Shown piece by piece: positions 43,051 through 55,830 of a stretch of 64,000 nucleotides of DNA (position 1 is its first letter; every line of letters starts with the position of its first letter). The stretch comes from the human T2T-CHM13v2.0 reference genome, Homo sapiens, in NCBI RefSeq assembly GCF_009914755.1, contig NC_060939.1; one strand, given 5' to 3'. Both the position numbers and the translations under genes were made by a program. A model generated the notes under the pieces. It did no database searches, was not told the DNA's origin, and saw only the letters and a program-made list of their open reading frames with translations.

Positions 43051-43249
43051 TAACATGTCAATTGGTACATTTTAGCAGATGTTAAAATTAACTAAGAACT
43101 TCTGTTGTAGTGGTGCAAAAATCAATGGTGCCCTTCTATTGCCTTGCTTTATACATTCTTTTAGAAAATGTCAGATTTCCAATTGAACTAAATTGTGGAC
43201 CTTTCTATTAATTTAATGGTTTTGTCACAGCTTTTGGTTTCTGCCTTCC

Positions 43250-44512
43250 TCCAAATCACTTGCACTGAGGATTTCTGGGTGGTTATGGGAGAGCTCTGAG
43301 GTCCTGATGGCCCACTTCTTTCTCCAGGAAGGTCAGTCAATATCCCTGGGCTTGAGGTCCACATCCAGTGAGACCTTTTTATCTATGACACAGGTGGTGG
43401 TCATCAGTCCCCGGATCTCACGGTTAGCCCTTCGACATGCTGGGGAGCAGCAATCCTGCACAAAGCCTGGGCACACTGGCTGGGGCTTTAAGGTTGAGAG
43501 AGCAGCTGGCTACTACATGCTCTACATGCTCCCCAGCCTTTTTCATCATCAGTGCTGGACCATGCACTGACGTGGAGGTACACCTCAGTATCCCTGGGGG
43601 TCAGGAGAACGGGAACAATAGAAGGAGAAGCAGAAGACCATCAGGGTCTTACCTGAACAACAACCAGGGGGCCATACTAAACTCTCCCTGGAGTGGTGAT
43701 TCCAGTCCATCTTCAAACCTCACAAAGGGCCCTCCCCGGCCTGTTGTGGGGTGTACAATCACAGACACTGTTCGTATGTTGTTCAAAGCTGCCATGAGGC
43801 TAAACGTGCACCCAGAGAGCTTAACCAGACCATGGTACGGGGGGCTCAAGTGATGACTGGTTTGGGTGCTGTCTTAGTCTATTCAGCTGCTGTAACAAAA
43901 TGCAATAGACCAAGGGGATTACAAACAACAAAAATGTATTCCTCATAGTTCATGAGGCTGGGAAGTTCACAGTCAAGGGGCTGGCAGATTCAGTGTCTGG
44001 TGAGTGTGGACTGCCTGGTTCACAGAATGGCACCTTCTCACTGTGTCCTCACACAGTGGGCAGAGCCACAGAGCTCTCTGTTCCTGACATAGGGGCAGTA
44101 ATTCCATTTTGGGGGCTTCATCCTCATGACCTAATCACCACCCAAAGACCCCACCTCCTAATACCATCACCTTGGAGGTTAGGATTTCAACATACAGGTT
44201 TTGGAGGGACACACATGTTAAGTCCCGTGCAGGTGTTGATCGCCTGCCACACACTGGATGAGCCTGGGTGCACATCACACTGGGGTGGCGTCCATTAACT
44301 AGCACCCTAGCCTTGGGGATGAGAGCGCTTTACGATGGGGGGAAAGAGATAACACCTGACAGACAGGACAAGGCCATGCAGGCCAAAGCACAAGTCCATC
44401 AGCCATTGGTGGGCCCATCCCAGGAGGCCTTCACTGTATCACGGATTGGTTGTATAGCCGAGAAAAGCTAGTAAAAGCTGACCAAGCCTCCTTGGGAATG
44501 GGTGGGCCATCC
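43250..44512 (-). mobile_element. Probable ERVL internal remnant (HERVL74-like) attached to MER74A, split by MLT1A0
   Basis: It lies directly 3' (on the minus strand) of the MER74A LTR and has retroviral-like composition. The left boundary and family are inferred, not aligned. Confidence 0.4.
43870..44231 (-). mobile_element. MLT1A0-like MaLR solo LTR
   Basis: tgtcttagtctattcagctgctgtaacaaaa ... cccacctcctaataccatcaccttggaggttaggatttcaacat. TSD ggtgc/ggtgt. Confidence 0.9.
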
Positions 44513-45011
44513 TTTTGATCATCTACTTCTTACCTCATGAAGGGGGAGATTCCCATTCTAGGGTTATGGGGATGGCTGGATCCAGGACACTAACCCTGGA
44601 CACAAGAGACAGACAGCAATTTATTAGTCACACACACATCCCAGAACATGGGAGACACCACATGCCGTGCACAGCCAGACGCAGGTTTCTCTTGGGAACA
44701 GAGTGGACCACCAGGGGCTGTGGGAGGCAGGCTTTGTTGTAACAGGAGGGTGAGGGGACCCTAGTTCCCACGGGAGGATGTGATGGGCTTGTTTGAATAA
44801 TTCCATGGGCTGCAGGGAGCTGAAGCCCGCTACTCAGAGATGAGGAGGGTGGTGCCTGGTCCCCGAGATAAGCTGGGTTGTCTAGCATTGAGAACTTATC
44901 CATGGGAGCAGAGTAGGGAGAGGACCTTGCAGTGAGGCCATACAAGCTCCTCCTCCTGATTTTACCACGTGTCAAGACAGCACATAATACCAATTGGAGC
45001 CTTAAACCACA
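44513..45011 (-). mobile_element. MER74A-like ERVL LTR
   Basis: Reverse complement matches MER74 landmarks (attatgtgctgtcttgacac; gaattattcaaacaagcccatcacatcctccc; gtgactaataaa; ccccataaccctag). Confidence 0.85.
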
Positions 45012-46214
45012 CTTAAGCTTTCCAGATATAACTATAGATTTAACTGCATACACAAAGGGGTGCATTTGAGAAAGGCTTTGCCAAATTATATTCAGAGCAG
45101 GCTAGAATTGAGGAGAAAACCAATATCTTTCAAGCTGTTGCTACGATGCATAAAACCAATATCCTTGCAAAATGTCCGTATTTCATCAGCATTTCGTCTA
45201 CAGCAGGAAGAAAATTGGCCTCGAATTCACAGTACAGCTGCAGCAGTAGGGTTCAATTGGACAATCATTAACCAAGCTTTCATGGCCTGTGTCTGGGTGA
45301 GCAGAGGGCCCGAAACAATCAGGCAGGCCTGACCAGGATGGGCTCAGTGAGGATCACTATCCTGGGCACCAAGGCTAAAATCTGTTACCTAATCTGCTGC
45401 CACACTCCACCTCCCAGTGGGGAGCAGAAACGGTCAGTATAGAATGAGAGCCACATCACGATTATTTATGGATCTCAACGGAACAGGGCCCAGCAAAAAT
45501 GAGCAAAATAATGTTTCAGCAAGTACTGGCTTCTTAAAACGAGCCAGTCAAAGACGGCTCTTTCCCCTTTGAACACTATGCATGCTCCTACAGTCCTCAT
45601 GCCTCCAGTCAGAAGCAGGACCAGCATGCCCAGAGCCAATCACAGTCATCAGTTTGCTGCTGCAGAGAGGGTCACGTGCCTGCCCGGCAACGTGCTAAGC
45701 CCTTGATTCATGTCCCTCTTGTTCCACTAGGCAACGGTACAGTGTTAATTGGAAAAGCAAAGGAGAGTGCTGCTGCCGCCGCCTTCAATGTCATTTTCCC
45801 TGACACTCCACCAGGCCATGGTGGAGTGGCAATTAGAGAAGACTGGGAGGGAAGGGCAGCTCCCACAGGCCAGTGCTCTGCCTCAAGCCAAGTGAACAAG
45901 GGAAGGAAATGCAGTATTTCTTCCCCATTGGCAGCCAAGGAAAACTCTGTAAAAACGGACCATGAAAAGGTAAGTGCCACACAAGGGGAGTAGCTACGGG
46001 GGTACATGGGGACCTAGAGAGAGCTAATGGAGCAATAATGGGAATAGAAGGCTTGACATGCAGCACATGTCCCGCGCTCACTGTGAGCCTCTGGACACCT
46101 GCGGTGTCATGAAGGGAACACAGCACATCAGGGCCAACACCTTGGAGCAGCCGCCAGGAGGGACTGACGCCAGAGACATGGTTTACAGCTAGCTCGTATT
46201 TACAAAAAGCTTTC

Positions 46215-46755
46215 AACATAGAGTATATGTGGCATGTATACACAATGGATACTACTCAGCCATTAAAAAGAATGAAATCTGGTCATTTGCAGCAACATGG
46301 ATGAACCAGGAGGACATTCTGTCAAGCGGAATAAGCCAGGCACAGAACGAGAAACACTCCATGTCCTCACTCACTTGTGGAATCTATAAACATTGAGCTC
46401 ATAGACGGACAGGGTGGAATATGGGTTACCAGAGGCCGAGAAGGGTAGGCAGAGGAGACAATGGGGAGAGAGATTGGTGAACACGTACACAAGTACAGTT
46501 AGATGGGAAGATGGGAGGAATAAGTTCCAGTGTTCTATGGCACAGCACGGTGACTATAGAAAGTAATGTTACCGTGCGTATTTCAACAGAAGAAGATTCT
46601 GAATGTTCTCACCACAAAAGAAAATGTCGAGGTAATGATTATGCTAAGTACTATGATCATGACATAACGTATACATGTATCAAAACATCATGCTATTTCC
46701 CACAGAAATGTACAAATATTATGCATCAATTAAAAACAAACAAAAAAAAAACAAA
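46215..46755 (+). mobile_element. L1MA 3' end with an A-rich tail
   Basis: atgtggcatgtatacacaatggat...cagccattaaaaagaatgaaat...; ends ttatgcatcaattaaaaacaaacaaaa. Confidence 0.88.
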
Positions 46756-46757
46756 AA

Positions 46758-46886
46758 GGAAACTAGGAAGGAAGCCTGGGACAGTTTTGCCTTTGCAGCC
46801 CTCAGAAGGAACCAACCTTGGCAACAACTTGATCTTGGACTTCCAGGCTCTGAACTGGAAGGCAATTAACTCCTGTTGCTTAGCCC
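46758..46886 (+). mobile_element. MLT1 (B/C/D-like) LTR fragment
   Basis: cagccctcagaaggaaccaacc...ttgatcttggacttccaggctctgaact. Confidence 0.7.
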
Positions 46887-49301
46887 AAAAAATAAAAATT
46901 AAAAAATTAGAGTTTAAGATTAGGGTAATATGCACAGCATTTCCATACCGAAGGAAGCCAACCAGCTTGGACATGCCTGATAGTTTTCTTAGCTCCAAGA
47001 ACAGTTGTGAATTTCCAGGTTCCTTGCCTGTGATGTAGGCCGATGGCATCCTCTACTCAGGTAGACTTCCTGGCCTCCTGGTCCAGGAGAGGGAATGCTG
47101 TCAGCTGGTTACCAGCTTCAAACGGCCTCCCAGAAGGTCCCTTCTCTTGACTCTTATTTTCTTTCTCAGGGGTAGCTGAGTACTTACTACACGCCTAGGG
47201 ACACTGTCATAAGCAAGGAGCAACATTCATGCTCACAGGCCAATTACAGGGATGTACATGTGCTCACAGGGAGCTGGCCTGGCAGGGGCGGGGCTAGCTG
47301 AGGGACCCCAGGAGGGTCTCAGAGGAGTCCTGAGGTTTTTGGCCTCAAGCAAGGGGACCTCAGCAGAGACCCCAATGCACTGACAAAAGTAAAGTCAATA
47401 CATAAAAAAGAATGCAGAGCAATGTCAGTGCCCTCCTGTTGGGAGTGGGGGAAGCATTCCAAGGTGACTTCTTCCCAGGGGCATGCACACCAGGACTCCC
47501 ATGTGAGCGCCATGTGGCCTGCACTGTGCACCTTCCCCAGGGTGTGCTGGGCACCGAATCCGTGATGGCCAGCAGAGCAGCCCAGCTCCTGCCCTCAGAT
47601 CGCCCATCACTTATGGACTCAATAAAATAATAACAAAAACACAGGTACAACCCCAACAATGGCAACTGACACAGAGAGATATAAGACCCTGAAGTCCTGC
47701 CATCAGAGGGTGGACCCTGTCTGGGAGATCAGCAAGATGCCACTGTCCAAGCTGAGACCTCAGGATGTGAGAGAGAATGAAGCACAGCCAGATGGGAACG
47801 GAAGGAGGATCAGCACCTGCAAAGGTCCTGTGGTGAGAAGGCCGACATGACAAAACCAGGTTGAAACAACCGCAAGGCTGAAGCCCAAGCTGGAGGTGCA
47901 CCAGCTGGGCCATGAGTTAGCTGGTGTGGATCCATGCGGGGTGGTTGCATCAGGGAAACTGACCATAAGCAGTGGAGCTGCGGTCCCTCAGGGAGGCTGG
48001 CTGACGCAGGGAAAGAAGAAAATTACCTAAGAGGAGGAAGACAGGGTGCCCGGAGGCCTCAGGGTAGGACAGCAAGAGGCAGACACTGAGGCATCTTAAC
48101 TTGGTGCATGGGAAACAAGGGGATGTTTGCACAATGAGAAGGCAGAGGAGTGGCCTCTGACTGCGAGAGCTTACATAGGGTATGCATGTGTATTGTGTGC
48201 ACGAGGCACTGAGCCTTGGTGTTGAGCCAGGCAGAGACAGCAAGAGCTCTCTCCAGCACAGCAGAGTGTGCCCAGCTGCGACTTCCTGAGATGTGAAGAA
48301 GACTTGAAAGCGTTAGGAATAGTCGCAGCTTTCTGTTTCCATAAGCTCTGTCTGAGGCTTTATTGAAAGAACTGAACTCTATTTATGGTCTCCCTAATGT
48401 CAATCTGCACACTTAGGCAAAGTGTTTTCTGTTTCCCTGGAACATACCACACTTGTCAATTGTCCCTAAGCCCACGAAGCACAAAGCCACCTCAAGGCTT
48501 AAGCTTTTACTTAACGTTATAAAAATGTTATTTATTCTCAAATTATTCTATAAATTTAACATAATAATAAAAACTCACAGCTGGAATTCTTGAGAAACTG
48601 AAAACACTTATACTAAAATTAAGTGGAAGAATGAATATCCATGACAAGCCAAGTAATCTTTGAAAATGCAATTATAAAGTGTGTATGTGAAATATTATGA
48701 CGTTAAATTTTTTTGATATTGGACTTGTATTTCTGTTTTGAATTCCAGGTATATATTTGTATTTGCATTTTTTAAAATTCATCTTGGTTTCAAAAGGAAC
48801 CCTTTTGCATAACAGTGGAACATATTCATGCCAGGGAGCATTTCAGATCCTCTTGAGAAGCAAGCTTACTTGTCTTCAGAAAAGGAGATTTGTAGCTTTC
48901 AGCCCAGTGAACAAGTGGGCTAAAAAGGCAATATTGCCATTTTAAATGTGAATAAACAGTCAGCAACCACCCCTTCACATTTTATGTTCAATTTTGAAAT
49001 GCCACACAATTAATCTTTGAAAAGTGTTTTAATACACGCATTTATAAAGAAATACACACAGGTGGGAGGTGCAGTTAAGCACTTCACAGAGTCAGCTGGG
49101 GACTATTTTTCTGAGCCAGAGCTCTGCCATCGACATGTCTGGACAAAAGTCCTGTGCTCTAAGACCATGCTTCCCTCCTCAGAGAATCAGCATGAAAACA
49201 ACAAAAAGAACCCCACAGATTTTTTTCCTTTGTGCAGCAATTTTTTAAAAATGCATGAACAGAATGAATGCCACCATTTTCTCTCTGTCTCTTTCTCTCC
49301 C

Positions 49302-49307
<6 letters not shown>

Positions 49308-49351
<44 letters not shown>
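49308..49351. repeat. (TG)22 microsatellite
   Basis: Perfect dinucleotide run. Confidence 0.98.
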
Positions 49352-49355
<4 letters not shown>

Positions 49356-49439
49356 GAGACTATTTCTCCTGTTATTCATCTGCCTCCATCCCCCTGACCA
49401 CAGTGGAGTGGCAGTAGCAGAGATGGAAGCATAGGGAGG

Positions 49440-49882
49440 TGCTGTGGTTTGAGTTTGTCCTCATCAAACTCCACGCTGAAATGGGATCCCTAATATGATG
49501 GTGTTGGGAGGTTGCAGGCCTAGTGTGAGGCGTTTGGGTCATGGGGACAGATCCCTTATGAATGTTACTACCTTCTCATGGTAGTGAGTGAATGCTCACT
49601 ATAATGAGACCAGGTCAGTTTTCCTAAGAATGGATTAACTCCCACCAGAGTGGGTTGTTACAAAGCCAGGATTCCCCTTGGTTTTTGCTTCCTCACAAGT
49701 GTTCACTTCCCCTTTGACCTTCTCTGCCATATTGTGATGCAGCACAAAAGCCCTCGCCAGAAGCCAGGGCCATGCACTTCAACTTCCCAGCCTGCAGAAT
49801 CAAGAGGTAAATAAACCTCTTTTCTTTACAAATTACCCAGCCTCAGCTATTCTATAATAACAACACTGAATTGACTAAGACA
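49440..49882 (+). mobile_element. MSTB-like MaLR solo LTR
   Basis: tgctgtggtttgagtttgtcc start; aataaacctcttttctttacaaattacccagcctcag...gactaagaca end. Confidence 0.9.
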
Positions 49883-50219
49883 ACAGTCAAAGGAAGAAGG
49901 GCCCTGGGATTCATCCTGGATCCACTCAACCCTTTATCTTACTTGTCTGAGCCTCTCAGAGGGAGATGAATTAATTCACCAATTACAGGTCTCCCTTGAG
50001 AATTTGCTATGTGTCACACACTCTAAGTATTGCAAACCTAAAAAGCTGGGCCTTATAAATAAAATTGGTACTTGCAAGACATGGAAGAAAATGATGAACA
50101 CCCCATCTCATGGATTTAGAGCTTCGAAAGGCCCAAAGAACCAAGATTATGGTTCCAGATCTGGCTAAGCATCATAACCATCAAGAATACCACAGATTAA
50201 TTTTACAGATGGCCCAGAC

Positions 50220-50705
50220 CCAACTCAAGGCACTGAATATGTCTAGGTTTCCATTGAAAATTACTTTTCATACTAAGAACCTGGAAGATCCCATATTGAA
50301 TAAGAAGAGACCACCAGTTGATGCTAAGGCTGAGATGACAGAGATGTCAGAACTTTCTGATAAAGGAAAAACGCAGGATCATAAAAATACTTCCATGAGC
50401 AGTTGTAAACATGCTTGAAGCACACATAAACAAAAACACAGAAAGCCTCAGCGAAAAAAGAGAAGGCTTAAAGAGAAACTAAGTAGAATCTCAGAACTGA
50501 AAAACACAACCAAAATAAGAAGCTTGGTGAATGAATTCAAAGGCAGAATGGAGGAGACCGAGGAGAGAATCAGAAAACTTGAAGATAGAACAATAGAATT
50601 ACCTAGTGCAGACAGCAGAGAAAACAAAAGAGAAGAAAAATGAACAGTGCCTAGGAACCTATGCAAGGGCCCAGTAAAAGATCTAACATTTGTGTCATGG
50701 GAATC
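50220..50705 (+). mobile_element. L1M 5'/ORF1 fragment
   Basis: gctgagatgacagagatgtcagaactttctgataa ... gagaatcagaaaacttgaagatagaacaataga (ORF1 coiled-coil-like). Confidence 0.72.
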
Positions 50706-51049
50706 CCTTATTACTGCCAGATGAGGTGGTAGCTATAGCCCCTACATGGTCTCTACCAACATTCTGTATATGTACGGGTTGTGTGGGGTAGGGGATGTTC
50801 ATTTCCAGCTGGCAAAGGATCAGTGCCCTAGCTCCCTATGTGACCTTCTTTGACACACCATGGTGGGGGATTGGGGCCCCCCATTACAGCCTCTTGAAGG
50901 TAGAAATGGAGGCTGCCCATAAGCTTTTGCTAGTGTGGGCTGTGGTAGGGCCATAGTTTGTGGTGTTGGCTGGACTAGAACATTTACTGTCTTAATGTTT
51001 TCTGTCTTGCTAGGTTCCCCTTTTTCCTGGTCCTCTTGCTAGAGACAGC

Positions 51050-51094
<45 letters not shown>

Positions 51095-51320
51095 CTATGC
51101 TCATTGGGGTTTCTAGGTTGCTGGCTTCACCAGGGTATGGCCTTGGGATACAAGAGGTAAAATGAAGCTCAGGGAACTCATTGGTGTGCTATTGTTCTTC
51201 AAGTTCCCTTACTGATCTGTCTTCCTTTACCATTCAGTCTTCTTATATTTACTGTCCTTAGGAGGAGGACTAGAGAACAGAATTTCTACTCCATTTTTTG
51301 GAAGCGGAACTTAAAAGATT
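50706..51320 (-). mobile_element. L1M 5' region fragment, opposite orientation, containing (TG)20 at 51053-51092
   Basis: ttttctgtcttgctaggttcccc...cctggtcctcttgctagagacagcagg and ctactccattttttggaagcggaa resemble an antisense L1MC/MD 5' end. Confidence 0.6.
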
Positions 51321-52132
51321 TTTTAACAATTCAGATCCCTTGTTATAAACGTGAAAACTCATATACCTCCCTAGAGTTTCAGATAGTCTCTCGTCTAGTG
51401 GGATTGTTTTTGCTTCTCCAATCCCCACTCAGAGTCTTTGCCCACTGGCAATCATTCTTTATGATTTTGCATTATGTCAGAAACATGACAGAGAATCTTA
51501 CCTAATTCTGAACACAAACAGATTGTATTCTAATAATTAACATGAGTCTTAATTTATGCACACATTCCTAGCAATAGTGTCATGTCCTTGGGGATGGCTG
51601 GAGGTCAATCCTCTTTTCCACCCTTTGAAAGCTGTCATCCCTGAAGGTTCCCTTTCCTTTCAAAATTCAAGGCTGTATTTATTAGAGCATGTGTGATTTG
51701 TCCTTATCTTGCCAGCACTAAGAAGAGAATCTCAATTCCAAAATGGAATTCTTGGGCTGCCAAGCCCAAGGAGGAGAAAACACAATGTGATATTAATTTC
51801 CTTAGAACTTAAACCTGTGCATCATTTAAGGATAACATCTTTAATAATCAATCATCTTCTGTCTCAAGTCTGACTTTATGGTTTAAAGTATGTCACATGT
51901 ACTGTGATCTCAGCCCTGTTCACGGCCCAGTCATAGGAGCCATTGCTACCATACCCATCGGCTAGAGAACATTGTCGAATCTCAGATAATAGAAGCCATT
52001 TGACCTTCTAAAACACAGAGAGGAGTCTGGCCTGGAACACATTTTTTGCCCAACAGTTCAGGAGTCTTTCAACCAAACTTGACTTCCCCTGTATGTGGAT
52101 CCAAATTGGACCTATCTGTTTCCCAAGTGTCT

Positions 52133-52340
52133 GTGTGGTTCTCAACCTAGGACAGCTTTGCCACCTGGAGCTCATTTGGCAATGTCTGGAGACATTTTGG
52201 GCTGTAAAACTGGGAGCATGCTCCTGACAACTGGAGGGTAGTGGACAGGAATGCCGTTGAACATCCTGCACCACACTGGGCAGCTTCCACCACAGAGATG
52301 TACCTGGTTCAAAACCCAAGGATCAAGATGGAGAAATGCT
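52133..52340 (+). mobile_element. MER20 (hAT-Charlie)
   Basis: gtggttctcaacc...catttggcaatgtctggagacattttgg matches the MER20 5' end. Confidence 0.88.
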
Positions 52341-52391
52341 ACTAGGTGCAAATTATCAGGGGCCTGTTCATGAGAATTGCTCCAAGATACA

Positions 52392-52842
52392 CGTATTAGC
52401 CAAGGTTCTCTAGAGGGACAGAACTAATAGGACAGATGTATATGTAAACGGGAGTTTATTAAGAGTACTGACTCTCACAATCACAAGGTGAGGTCCCACA
52501 ATAGGCCCTCTGCAAGCTGAGGAGCAAGGAAGCCAGTCCGAGTCCGAAAGCTGAAGAACTTCGAGTCCAATGTTAGAGAGCAGGAAGCACCCAGCACAGG
52601 AGAAGGCTGTAGGCTGGGAGGCTAAACCAGTCTAGTCTTTTGACGTTCTTCTGCCTGCTTTTATTCTGGCTGCACTGGCAGCTGATTGGATGGTGCCCAC
52701 CCAGATTGAGGGTGGGTCTGCCTCTCCAGGTCCACTGACTCAAATGTTAATCTCCTTTGGCAACACCCTCACAGACACACCCAGGATTAATATTTTGCAT
52801 TCTTCAGTCCAATCAAGTTGATACTCAATGTTAACCATCACA
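52392..52842 (-). mobile_element. MLT2A1-like (HERVL) solo LTR
   Basis: gtattagccaaggttctctagagggacagaactaatagga ... caatcaagttgatactcaatgttaaccatcaca. TSD ataca/ataaa. Confidence 0.92.
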
Positions 52843-53432
52843 ATAAACAACACCCGCCCCCCAGCAGCATTCCTCAAACCGATTTTTTGTAACACTTGTT
52901 CTCAGTAGCCTCCAAAAATGGGGAAGGGCATAGCCAAACTATGTGGGAAACCCTCCAAAATATATGCTTCTTTTAGAGATTTTCAGTGCTCATGAGCATT
53001 AAAGAGACATGTAAGAATCCTCTTAAAAAGAAAAAAAAATACTTTCTATTTGTTCAGTGCATTACCCAAAATAATGTGTCCCTGAACTCCCCTTGGCCCT
53101 GCTTATTGTTCTGTGTAACACAAATTAGCATCCAAATGACCTTCAGAAAAAGCTTTAAATAAAGATTTCTAACAAGAGTGGCCATTATCAGTATTGTTAT
53201 TTTAAGGAAATTTTCATTTTAACACCTATAGGAAGTACTGCAATGAGAGATAAAATCATCAAATACAGAAAGTCTATTAACCTTAGTTCTAAATTTCTAC
53301 TAAGGTGCTATTATTGTAAAAAAAAAAAGAGAGAGAGAGAAAAAAGAGCTTAACACTTCACCTCTGATGTTATTTTCCATCTTTAAAAAATTGCTTTCAG
53401 CCCACCATACTATCCTAAGTATCATTTGTTTT

Positions 53433-53744
<312 letters not shown>

Positions 53745-53904
53745 AGTATCATTTGTTTTCATCACTGTGAGAAACCAAGACATCAGGAGCCTGCCCTTCT
53801 TGGTTCCACCATAAACAGCACACATCTAGTAAACTAACAGTATTAAATCTCAAAGTAAAGATCTACTTACGGATTTATTTTAAAATTTTTAAATATAATA
53901 ATGG

Positions 53905-54142
53905 CCCAATACAGCTAGGCAGGAGGAATCAGTTCTAGCATTCTATAGCGCTGCAGGTTGACTATAGTTAACAATAATGTAGAGTTTCCAATGGCTACAA
54001 GGAGAATATTGGATGTTCCCATCACAAAGAAGTGATCAATGTTTCAGACGGTCAATATGCTAACCACCCTGATCTGATCACCATACATTATATGTATTGA
54101 AACATCACTATGTAGCCCATGAATATGTGCAATTTGTCAATA
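53905..54142 (+). mobile_element. L1MA 3'UTR fragment
   Basis: atacagctaggcaggaggaatcagttctag...accctgatctgatcaccatacatt. Confidence 0.8.
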
Positions 54143-54462
54143 ACTAATGGCCCAGCACAACTGAGAGAAGTAAAAGAAATTTGAAATCATGCATATAGAA
54201 CCAAAGCAAAATGCTCTATCCTTTCAGCGAACATCTTCTAGTTAACCCAAGCATTGTATGCACAAACAATATTTAACATTAAGAGGTTAATTACACTTTC
54301 TACAAACATTAGAATACTATGTAGCCATTAAAATGGTGATTAGGGATTTATAATAATGAGCTGACTCCAGAAAGATATTGTCAACACATGGTTTAGCTTC
54401 AAAAGAGGTGAGTCTTCGAACAGAAAACATAATCAGATACTATTACTGGGAAACTTTTTTAT

Positions 54463-54650
54463 CTGGGGGTGGTGGCTCACACCTGTAATCCCAGTGCTTT
54501 GGAAGTCTGAAGCAGGAGAAACGACTGAGCCCAAGAGTGACAATTTACAGTAAGCTATAACTGATTGCACCACTATGCTGCAGCTTGGGCAACAGAGTAA
54601 GACCCTGTCTCAAAAATATGAAATAAAATGAAATAAAATAAAAGATAAAA
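54463..54650 (+). mobile_element. Free Alu monomer (FAM/FRAM-like)
   Basis: Single diverged monomer from ggtggctcacacctgtaatcccag to gaccctgtctc, then an A-rich tail. Confidence 0.8.
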
Positions 54651-55121
54651 TAAGCAACTTTAGCAGAGGAAAGTCAGAAACAACAGATGCATTGAGTTCT
54701 TCCACCATTAAAACACATTCTAATAGTTTTGTCCCCCCAGCTGAATTCGTTGCCAATGAGAAAATCTTACCTGTGTCCTTTCAAAATCTTTCAAAGACAG
54801 CCCAATCCCGGGTTTTGTCTTTCTTTACAATGAAAACAAGTTGCTCCTCTTTTTCCTGGGGCAGTCAGAATGCAGCCAGCACCCCCACCATCAGGGGGTG
54901 CTGCATACCAGGCCCTTCCCATGTAAAATGGACTTTGCAGCAAGGCAGCTGAGGATGGCTCTATTCTGTGTCAGCATCATTCCACCAACTTCAACAAAGA
55001 CACTTAGCCAAAATGCAGGCTTTCGTCCTTTTGTGACTTTCTACATCATTCTTTTGTTTCAAGACGTTCTTCAAACTCCACTTCATCTACCACCAGCAGA
55101 TCTACTCCATCTTGCCCCTAC

Positions 55122-55651
55122 TGTGTCTGTAGTTGGCTCCTTCTAGTGCATTTGTGGTCTGGCTGACTTCAAGAATAGAGCCACGGACCTTTGCCATGTG
55201 TGTTACAGTTCTCAAAGGTGGCACCGACCCAAACACTGAGCAGCAACAAGATTTATTGCAAACAGCAAAGAACAAAGTCTCCACAACATGGAAAACGACC
55301 CTGGCAGATTGGCGCTGCTAGCTGCAGGTGGCCAGCTTTTATTCCCTTATTTGTCCCTGCCCACATTCTGCTGATTGGTCCATTTTACAGAGTGCTGATT
55401 GGTCCATTTTACAGAGTGCTGATTGGTCCATTTTACAAACCTCTAGCTAGCCACAGAGCACTGATTGGTGCGTTTTTACAGAGCACTGATTGGCACATTT
55501 TACGAACGTCTAGCTTGCCAGAGTGCTGATTGGTGCATTTTACAATCCTAGCTACAGAGTGCTGATTGGTGCATTTTACAATCCTTTTGTAACACAGAAA
55601 AGTTCTAGGAGTCCCCACCCGACCCAGAAGGCCAGCTGCCTTCACCTCTCA
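55122..55651 (-). mobile_element. LTR12-family (ERV9) solo LTR, LTR12F-sized
   Basis: tg...ca termini with a 4-bp TSD ctac (55118-55121, 55652-55655). Tandem ctgattgg.catttta repeats and the cttttattcc TATA-like box. Confidence 0.93.
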
Positions 55652-55699
55652 CTACCACGAAAGTAGTACAGCTTGGGTTTGGCTGCCATGACTCCTGGC

Positions 55700-55830
55700 T
55701 CAGGGTTTTCAAGGACACAGATGAAGAGATGCAGAGGGTGACATACGGGGCAAGATGCCTGGATTTCCTGTGCCCTCCCCAGGTACTACCCTCCAGGTAC
55801 CTCCAGGTGATCAGCTAACTGGAAGCTCCT
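55700..55830 (-). mobile_element. MER21C/MER68-like LTR fragment
   Basis: aaggacacagatgaagagatgcagagggtga...ccctccaggtacctcca...ggaagctcc. Confidence 0.6.

Noticed and set aside
45634-45678. CCAAT box plus GTCACGTG E-box as a promoter
   Set aside because: Short motifs expected by chance in 64 kb, with no CpG-island context.
46511-47049. 175-aa ORF
   Set aside because: It spans an L1MA 3'UTR, its A tail and an MLT1 fragment, so it is a chance read-through.
55360-55585. Spaced ctgattgg...catttta repeats as a novel array
   Set aside because: These are the known U3 tandem repeats of LTR12/ERV9.
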